DNA of 64,000 nt, taken from NCBI GenBank assembly GCA_002269645.1, contig NIVC01002662.1, positions 1-64,000 of the forward strand, read 5' to 3'. The DNA comes from Macrostomum lignano. Lineage: Eukaryota. Positions 55,601-64,000 of this stretch are shown here, piece by piece. The notes below the pieces were generated by a model. The model saw only the letters and a list, made by a program, of their open reading frames with translations, was not told the DNA's origin and searched no databases. Made by a program: the position numbers and the translations under genes. Position 1 is the stretch's first letter. Every line of letters begins with the position of its first letter.

Positions 55601-57366
55601 TACGGCCACCACCGGTGCAGCAGTCTCCAAACCAACAGCTACAGCTGCACCTGGTACCGGTGGATTGTTGTCTACACCGGTTACAGCCAGCACCGGTGCT
55701 GTAGTATCTAAGCCAACAGCTGCAGCGGCACCTGTCACCGGTGGCCTGTTGTCTACACCGGTTACAGCTAGCGCCAGTGCTGTAGTATCTAAGCCAACAG
55801 CTGCAGCGGCACCTGTCACTGGTGGCCTGTTGTCTACACCGGTTACAGCTAGCACCGGTGCTGTAGGATCTAAGCCAACAGCTGCAGCGGCACCTGTCAC
55901 TGGTGGCCTGTTGTCTACACCGGTCACAACTAGCACCGGTGCTGTAGTCTCTAAAGCTGCAGCAGCACCTGGCACCGGTCTATTTGCTGCGCCGGCGGTT
56001 TCGACAGATGCAGCTAAAACCGACGCGATTTCACCTGCAGCTACAACAGGTGCTAGCAAATCTCCGGTAGGAGCTGTTGGCCTGCTTTATACTTCAACTG
56101 TTACTTCAGCAGTTACACCCACCGCAGGCATTGTTTCTTCGTCAACTACTTCTGCTACCAATGCCACTTCAAGCACTGCTGGCCTGTTTTCTGGGAAAAC
56201 AACCAGTGCATCAGCTGCGCCTGGAACCGGTGGTTTATTTGGAACTTCAGCAGCTGCTACAACCGCCAGCACCGGTGGTCTATTTGCAAGTTCTACAGCT
56301 CCAGCCGGTACCGCCAGCACCGGTGGTCTATTTGCTAGTTCTACGGCTCCAACCGGTACCACCGGCACCGGTGGTCTATTTGCAAGTTCTACAGCTCCAA
56401 CCGGTACCACCCGCACCGGTGGTCTATTTGCTAGTTCTACGGCTCCAACCGGTACCACCAGCACCGGTGGTCTATTTGCTAGTTCTACGGCTCCAACCGG
56501 TACCATCAGCACCGGTGGTCTATTTGCTAGTTCTACGGCTCCAACCGGTACCACCAGCACCGGTGGTCTATTTGCTAGTTCTACGGCTCCAACCGGTACC
56601 ACCAGCACCGGTGGTCTATTTGCTAGTTCTACGGCTCCAACCGGTACCACCAGCACCGGTGGCCTGTTTGCAACTTCAACAGCTCCAGCCGGTGCTATAA
56701 AGACTGGTGGTCTTTTTGGTACTGCAGCTGCTTCAACTGGTACCTCCAGCACCGGTGGCCTGTTTTCTGGCACAACAGCTACAACAGGTGCTCCCAATAC
56801 TGGTGGTGGCCTGTTTTCTGGCACAACAGCTACAACAGGTGCTCCCAATACTGGTGGTGGCCTGTTTTCTGGCACAACAACTACAACAGGTGCTCCCAAT
56901 ACTGGTGGTGGCCTGTTTTCTGGCACAACAACTACAACAGGTGCTCCCAATACTGGTGGTGGCCTGTTTTCTGGCACAACAGCTACAACAGGTGCTCCCA
57001 ATACTGGTGGTGGCCTGTTTGCTGGCACAACAGCTACAACAGGTGCTCCCAATACTGGTGGTGGCCTGTTTGGCAGCAGCACCGGTGGCTTGTTCTCCGG
57101 TTCGCAAGCCGCAGGCGCTGGTGGCGGCGGCGGTCTGTTTTCATCGTCAACAGCAACGACCACCGCGGCAGCTGCGGGACAGTCTAGTCTGTCGTCTGTA
57201 GGTGGACTGTTCTCGTCACTGTCTACTGGCGGCGGCGGCGGCGGCGGCGGCGGAGGAGGTGGCTTGTTCGGCTCATCGTCAACGGGTCCCGGAGCCGGTG
57301 GCAGCGTCTTCGGTGGTGGCGGCGGCGGCGGCGGCGGCGGAGGGCTGTTCTCCTCGACCGCTGCAG
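52614..57366 (+). CDS. NUP214: Nucleoporin NUP214, large exon (beta-propeller, coiled coil, repeat region); a short upstream exon is possible
   Basis: WNP..LFCLLSDGS, ACWSPRGKQL propeller motifs; LDPAL..RIG and VYQTIRTNYRIIQQQ coiled-coil motifs; GGLF repeats; donor gtgaa at 57367. Confidence 0.88.
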
Positions 57367-57544
57367 GTGAAACTTCTACTGCTGTTTTCTTGCAATTGAC
57401 CTTGATTGAGGTTTAGGGGAGGGCAGCCTAGGATAGGAGTCTAACTGTCTGAGTACAGGTTGTATATTACACTTTTATTAATGTTTGGTGAGTCAAATTT
57501 TAAAGGGTGTTAGGCATGTCATTAGTTACTGGGGTAAGTGTGAC

Positions 57545-58250
57545 TGATTGAGCGGAGGTGTAGATATAGTATTGTATAAATTATAGTGTACATGTGGGTC
57601 ATAGCACAGATGTGTTGCATCGTACAATAGATAGGTAGATAGTAGATACGGTAGGTCAGAGAGTAGATGCGGTAGGTCAGAGAGTAGATGCGGTAGGTCA
57701 GAGAGTAGATGCGGTAGGTCACAAAGTAGATACGGCATGTCATATACAAATAAGGTAGGTCGTATAGTAGATAAGGTAGGTCATATAGTAGATATAGTAG
57801 GTCAAGTAGGTCATAGAGTAGATACGGTAGGTCATATAGTAGTTATAGTAGATCATAGAGTAGATACGATAGGTCATAGAGTAGATACGGTAGGTCACAG
57901 AGTATATACGGTAGTCGGTAGGTCACATAGTAGATACGGTAGGTCATAGAGTAGATACGGTAGGTCACAGAGTATATACGGTAGGTCATATAGTAGATAT
58001 AGTAGGTCATAGAGTGGATACGGTAGATCATATAGTAGATACGATGGGTCGTAAAGTAGATACGATGGGTCGTAAAGTAGATACGGTAGGTAACAGTGTA
58101 GATACGGTAGGTAACAGTGTAGATACGGAAGGTAACAGTGTAGATACGGTAGGTCGCATAGTAAATATGATACTTGTAGATATGATGCATGTAGATACGG
58201 TAGGTTATAGAGTAGATACGGTGGGTAGTAAAGTAGATAGATTAGTAAAT
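57545..58250. repeat. ~22-bp degenerate minisatellite (gtagatacggtaggtcatagag) in NUP214 intron
   Basis: Direct inspection. Confidence 0.9.
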
Positions 58251-58364
58251 CATTTAATAGCACTTGTATAATTTGAATAGTTTCTGTAAGAAATCATGCC
58301 AATAGTAGTAATACATGTTCAACTATTGCTGTATTTATAACAAAAACAATAATAAAATCCTCAG

Positions 58365-58858
58365 GCGCATCAAGTCAACCCGCTAATCCGTTCGCAAGCC
58401 CTGGCGCCAAAACCGGAAGCGGCGGCGGAAGCCTGTTCTCGGGCACCAGCGTCCTGGGAGCAGCGGCTTCAACTTCTGGCGGCCTATTTGGCAGCGGAGG
58501 CGGAGGTGGCGGTGGCGGCCTCTTCAGCGGAGGTGGCGGCGGCGGTGTATCCGCTGGCGGGCTGTTCAATTCGGCTCCTCAATTCGCCTCGCCATTCGCA
58601 GGCACTTCGCCTTCATCGACGTCGCCAGCTTCGCCTGTCGGAGGCGGCGGCGGCGGCGGTCTGTTTGGCAGTGGAGGCGGCAGCAGCGGAGGTTTCGGCG
58701 GGTTCGGCAGCGCCATGCAGGCTGGCGGCGGTATGACCTTCGGCGACTTCGCTTCTGCTGGCGGCGGCGGCGTCTTTGGCGGACAGCAGCAGCAGCAGCA
58801 GCAACAGCAACAGCCGCAACAGCCAAGCAGTCCGGCTTTTAGTCAGCGAAGGGCCTGA
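58365..58858 (+). CDS. NUP214: NUP214 last exon (FG-rich C-terminus)
   Basis: Acceptor atcctcag ends 58364; phase-1 join in frame; GGLFG/GFGGFG repeats ending PAFSQRRA; TGA 58856-58858; joined CDS 5247 nt. Confidence 0.88.
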
Positions 58859-59139
58859 GTCTTGCGCCCGCCCGGCTTGGCCTACTTCAAGTAGTTACTT
58901 ATTGTCGTTGATTACCCGCTCCCCCTGTTTGTATTTTACACTGACAGTGTACCGGTTGTTTAAAATTTTCGACATTTGTATTGTCAAAATATTTTAATTC
59001 CCCTCCAAATTTTTTTTTAAAAATAACACGATTTCAAAAACAAATTGTTAAAGCCGTCAAGCGGTGCATCTGAGATATGTATTTTAAATTTTTCTTGCTT
59101 GGGTTGCATTTCATTTTAAACGTGTTATTATTAGTCGTA

Positions 59140-59212
59140 TTACTATAGTCGTAGTAGCACTATAGTAGTAGTAGCAGTATAGTAGTGTTAGTAGTAGTAG
59201 TAGTAGTAGTAG

Positions 59213-59258
<46 letters not shown>

Positions 59259-59685
59259 GTAGTAGTAGTAGTAGCAGTAGTAGTAGTAGTAGTAGCAGTA
59301 GTAGTAGGTAGTAGTAGTAGTAGCAGTAGTAGTAGTAGTAGTAGCAGTAGTAGTAGTAGTAGTAGCAGTAGTAGTAGGTAGTAGTAGGTAGTAGTAGTAG
59401 GTAGTAGTAGTAGTAGGTAGTAGTAGCAGTAGTAGTAGGTAGTAGTAGGTAGTAGTAGTAGGTAGTAGTAGTAGTAGGTAGTAGTAGCAGTAGTAGTAGT
59501 AGTAGTAGTAGGTAGTAGTAGCAGTAGTAGTAGTAGGTAGTAGTAGGTAGTAGTTGTAGTAGTAGTTTCTGTTGTTGTTTTAGTATCGTGGTAATATAGT
59601 AATGGTTGTTAGTAGTAGTAGCAGTAGTCTAATAGTAGTATAGTTATAGTAGTAGTAGTAGTAGTGGTACTGTTAGTAGTTAGTT
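59140..59685. repeat. (GTA)n microsatellite
   Basis: Direct inspection. Confidence 0.97.
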
Positions 59686-59686
59686 A

Positions 59687-59783
59687 GGGATTGTAGCCTA
59701 GTGGTTAGAGCGTGTCAGACTCACGAATAAAAGGTCGGGGGTTCGATCCTTGACTCTGCATTGCTTCAGTTCATCCTGAAAAT
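59687..59783 (+). mobile_element. SINE tRNA-like head fragment with internal deletion
   Basis: A-box tagcctagtgg, B-box ggttcgatcc, then a jump to actctgcattgcttcagttca of the SINE core. Confidence 0.75.
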
Positions 59784-59814
59784 CACCATCTGCTGAATTC
59801 CAGCGAGTGCCGCA

Positions 59815-59972
59815 ATGTCTAAGCTGTCTCGAGAGATTCTCACCGAGTCGGTGGAGGGCGTGCTGAAGGGCATCAAGGACAAGCCGCGCAAGTTCAAGCA
59901 GACCATCGAGCTGCAGATCGCTCTGAAGAACTACGACCCGCAGAAGGACAAGCGATTCAGCGGCACCATCAA
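59815..59972 (+). CDS. RPL10A: 60S ribosomal protein L10a (uL1), exon 1
   Basis: [33 protein letters not shown]; donor gtgag at 59973. Confidence 0.96.
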
Positions 59973-60065
59973 GTGAGCAGAGGTTTTTTATCACAAAACA
60001 TGAAAAAAATATTCAGTTTTCTGTTGCTAAGATAAACAATACTGTAACCCCCGGTTGCCATGCAG

Positions 60066-60558
60066 GCTGAAGAACGTGCCCAAGCCGAAGATGAAGGTTT
60101 GCGTCCTTGGCGACCAGCAGCACTGCGACGAGGCCACAGCCAACGGACTGGCCTGCATGGACATCGAGGCCCTGAAGAAGCTGAACAAGAACAAGAAGCT
60201 GGTGAAGAAGCTGGCCAAGCAATACGACGCCTTCCTGGCTTCGGACTCCATCATCAAGCAGATTCCCCGTGTTCTGGGCCCCGGCCTCAACAAGGCTGGC
60301 AAGTTTCCCACCATGGTGACTCACGGCGACTCTCTGGTTGCCAAGGTGGAGGAGGTCAAGGCCACCATCAAGTTCCAGATGAAGAAGGTGCTGTGCCTTG
60401 CCGTGGCCATCGGGCACGAGGAGATGACCTCCGGTGACCTCATCAACAACATCACCTTGTCAATCAACTTCTTGGTGTCGCTGCTAAAGAAGAACTGGCA
60501 GAATGTTCGGGCTCTGTACATCAAGTCCACAATGGGCCCCAGCTTCCGGATCTACTGA
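60066..60558 (+). CDS. RPL10A: 60S ribosomal protein L10a (uL1), exon 2
   Basis: [30 protein letters not shown]-like..[39 protein letters not shown]; joined CDS 651 nt (216 aa). Confidence 0.97.
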
Positions 60559-62783
60559 TGAGGTTAGGCAGCATGACCCGCGTGAGATTGTATTGAGAAA
60601 CTTCGCTAGTTTGTGTCTTGTTTTGCTGGGCAATTATTTCGGCAAAATAAATCGAAGTTGACAAAACGTAAAAAGCCCGTTGTCCGTTTGGCTCTTTACA
60701 GATGGAACAAGAATTCCTTTGTTGAAGCGGTCTTTGTTTGAAGTTTTTTTAGGGGAGGGGTCTGGAAAGTTTGGACAATTGTTGTTCCAAAGCAGAAACA
60801 GATCGACACAACTGTCGACGCAACTTCGTGTCATATAAAAGCGGTGAAATAAATTCAATTGAATTTAAAATTGACACAAGTACCACTGTACGAGCTATCA
60901 TATGCTTAGCTATGGATTGTAACAAGAATGCGAAGTTTTAAACCAATCGATATGTGACTCAAGGACTTAAGCAATTCCTGCTTCCTGCTCAGCTGAGATT
61001 GGACTGCCTTTGATATTTTACTGTCAGTTAACTTTCGGTAGAGGCCGACCTAGAAAAGAATTGAGTGGGGGGCAAGCTATACAAAAGAACTACGTACATG
61101 TACAACCAACATTGGAAAAAGCCCTAAATTGCATTTCTAATTCATGTTAGTTACACAGGCCAAAAAAGTATGGCTCATTTTTTTGCTTATAGCTGGGGAG
61201 CCATGCCCCCCCCCCCTGCATCTGCCCCTGACCGAAATGTTAAGGGAAATTTGACTGCGGCAAATGTTGAATACAGTGTCGAGTGTTCAGGCAGTAATAT
61301 AAATATACATTATAATTAATTCTAACGATTTTCTGGGTTCATTAATTTTGATCATCTAGACGTAAACAGCTAATTTAATTTTTGACTTGGGTTTTGATAC
61401 TAAAACCTATTGAATGTATAAAGTTGTATATATGTTTTTCCAGCACAATTTGACTACATGTATATCAAAGAAAAAGTATGAACGTGTACTGCAGCAGAGT
61501 ACCTGCTGTATTTACTTTTGAGGCCGCGTCTACATGTATAGTTAAGCCAAATCGACTTGTAATTAAGTGATACTGGAGGAACTAAAAAAGTCGCAGTGAT
61601 GAAGTTGCTTACAGACATTAGAAACATGAGCAAATGTTTCCTTCCGTATCAGTTCTTACTATCATAATTTTTGCACACGGGTTCTTATTCTGTAACGAAT
61701 TTTTGTTATATTCTCTATTGTCTGTAATTTTTAGAACTAATTTATAAACTATTTTCTTATTCTGAAATTTATTATTAACTTTTAGTTGTTAAGCTAATGT
61801 AAATAAAACAAGCGTTTCAGTATATTGTTTAAAATATCAATTTGGAATCGCGCGTCGCGAACATTCGCCGGTGTGGGCATTTATTTGAATCATTTGATTC
61901 ATAAGGCCTCGCTATGGGCCTACAAGATTTGCATTGCTAAAATTTACTAAGAATCTAAGATTATAAAAAGAAATTTTATAAATGCTGCTGTTGAGAGAGT
62001 TTATTAAATATAAGTAAAATGTAGATGAAACGAAACTATTTTACTTATCTTTGAATATTAGTAGGCCTATATTAGTAGATGTGACACTAGGCCTATGGCC
62101 CAAAATTGTGGCACTAGGGCCTACACTACAAGCTGTAGCTAGACCTGTAGATATGCAATATGTACTAGCCTAGCTGCAGCTGTGTATGCCCTGGATTGCC
62201 CCCATTTTATACATGCTTATAATATAAAGGCTTGATTCATTTAAATAAAGCGTCATCTTCTATCTAGAATCTGACAACACTCTTTTTGGCTTATGCCTGA
62301 ACCATATTTGCTGTTGCCATTGACTGCAATCATCACTCCATCAGATTGCAAAACTTGCTCAAGTGCTCACACAATTTCTATAAACAACACAGATGTCTTT
62401 TGCATCAAAGAATTTTTTAATGAGAATAACCAGGCCTATTCATTGATATTTTTATCTTTATCAATTTTTTAACACTTTCTGCACTATTATTATTTTAGCT
62501 AAGCTTTCTTATTTTAGGTGTATATTGTAAAATAGTTTGTTAAAATGATAAGAGATCTCTATATGCAGCACCTAAATTATGTTAACTAGAATTGCTTTAT
62601 GCTATGCTAGTTGATATTCTGTATCTCTTGGAGATATGGTTGATTATTAGAAGGCCTAGTGCTATTAGGCCTAGACTATAAGGGCCAATTTGTTGGCTAG
62701 TAGGCCTAATCTTGTTATATATGTTATAGGGGTCTTTACTATTATTGTATTTTTATTCCACTATGCCACCAAGTTGTACCAGG

Positions 62784-63452
62784 CCATAGTCAGGAAGGTG
62801 GCAGTTTGGTCGGAAAATTCCGGCGCACACAAGCCCTTTTGTTTTTGGGCACACAACGGCGCACAACGGCGCACAGCGGCGCGCCACAACAGCGCACAGC
62901 GGCGCACTGGCGCACAGCGGCGCACAACGGCGCACACCAGAGGACACCGGCGCATGGCGGCGCGGCGCGGCGGGCGCCGCGCCACATGCAGCGTTACCCT
63001 TGTGGCGATCCCATGTAACGATGTAAGTTGTTACTTGTTACAGTACACTATTCACTGTTCCATCTAATGTAACACTGCATTCTACAAAAAAATAAAAAAT
63101 AAAAAAAAATAGTTTCCTTTTCCTTTTTACCTTTGTTTTCGCCATTTGCTTACTTTTTATGTTTGTTTTGTTTTAAAAATTAGAAATTAAATTAAATTTT
63201 TTTTAAATTTCTATATTCGGTTTAACGATCTCAATTTCTCATAATATAATATAGATAGCCCGTAACCGTCCCGTATATTGGCGCACAAAAATTGTTGCTA
63301 TGTTGTAAAAAAAGGTCTTTTATTGTCGCAAGGCAGGTAGTGGCGGGCGCACAACGGCGCACACGAGGGTTTTTGTGTCGGCGCACGGCGCACAATTTTG
63401 GGAGAGGCCAAAATTTGTTCCGGCGCACACTCTGTCACCTTCCTGACTATGG
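62784..63452. mobile_element. Non-autonomous DNA transposon (8-bp TSD class) with subterminal cggcgcaca arrays
   Basis: 21-bp TIR ccatagtcaggaaggtg(g/a)cag with 1 mismatch; 8-bp TSD gtaccagg (62776-62783, 63453-63460). Confidence 0.9.
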
Positions 63453-64000
63453 GTACCAGGGGGTGTTTAATTATTTTAGATTATCCTACCGATGTCACCA
63501 AGTTGTTATAGGGGTTATTTTTGTCTGTTAAAATCCCACTACTGTTACTAAGTTGTGGTAGATGTATCTACTTCCTAGTTTATAGTCATGCTGCTGAATC
63601 AAGTTGTTGTAATTTAGAATAGTTATTACTCCATAAAATTACTTAGTCAATTATTGTTTCTTAGAAAACATTAAGTCTAGAATTCTAATCTAAGGACTCC
63701 TTGAATCTATGCAAGTCACCCTGGTAGCAGTGTCGAGTGGCAAATACTGGTCTACATGTAGTTATGAATTTTATTACTATTATTATTACTACTATTAATT
63801 CCCTATATTTAGTTGCGGGCTCCCTAGGAAGGAGTTGCCCGACTCGTCAACCGTCTATTTCTGGTTTCTTACAGCTTTCCTGGCCTCTTACGGCTTTTTC
63901 TGGCTTCTTATAGCTTCTCTGGCCTCTTACTCCTTTTCTTGCTTCTAACAGCTTGCTTTCCTGTCTTGCTTTCCAGTGACTAAGACAACATGTTTTGCTT

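Noticed and set aside
59687-59760. tRNA gene (also 30130-30201)
   Set aside because: A/B boxes are present but there is no full cloverleaf, and the sequence runs directly into SINE core sequence
59973-60065. Intronic snoRNA in RPL10A
   Set aside because: No C/D or H/ACA box arrangement in the 93-nt intron
60555-60602. ctgatgag...gaaac hammerhead-like motif at the RPL10A stop
   Set aside because: Stem II does not abut GAAA, and stems I/III are absent

Overview
Metazoan genomic DNA with GC-rich spliced genes and introns filled by minisatellites. The style suggests a flatworm such as Macrostomum, but that is inference only. Host genes, all on +: the 3' exons of MAP2K7/MKK7; a 3-exon RING-CH-like two-TM protein; an intronless poly-Q two-TM orphan; NUP214; and RPL10A. 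The centre holds two nested, near-intact LOA-type non-LTR retrotransposons (APE-RT-RNase H). The outer element (-, 30827-42108) has a perfect 13-bp TSD. The inner element (+, 36198-41562) has a perfect 16-bp TSD and inserted exactly on the outer ORF1 start codon. The first nucleotide of the outer element is G1 of a near-canonical HDV-like self-cleaving ribozyme fold. Other features are a tRNA-headed SINE family with a MIR-like CORE domain (4 copies, two in an inverted pair upstream of NUP214), three TIR elements with internal GGCGC arrays, about 20 tandem arrays, and a ~7.5-kb CpG-depleted block whose repeats show a both-strand CpG-deamination signature. Several single-base frameshifts look like long-read consensus errors.
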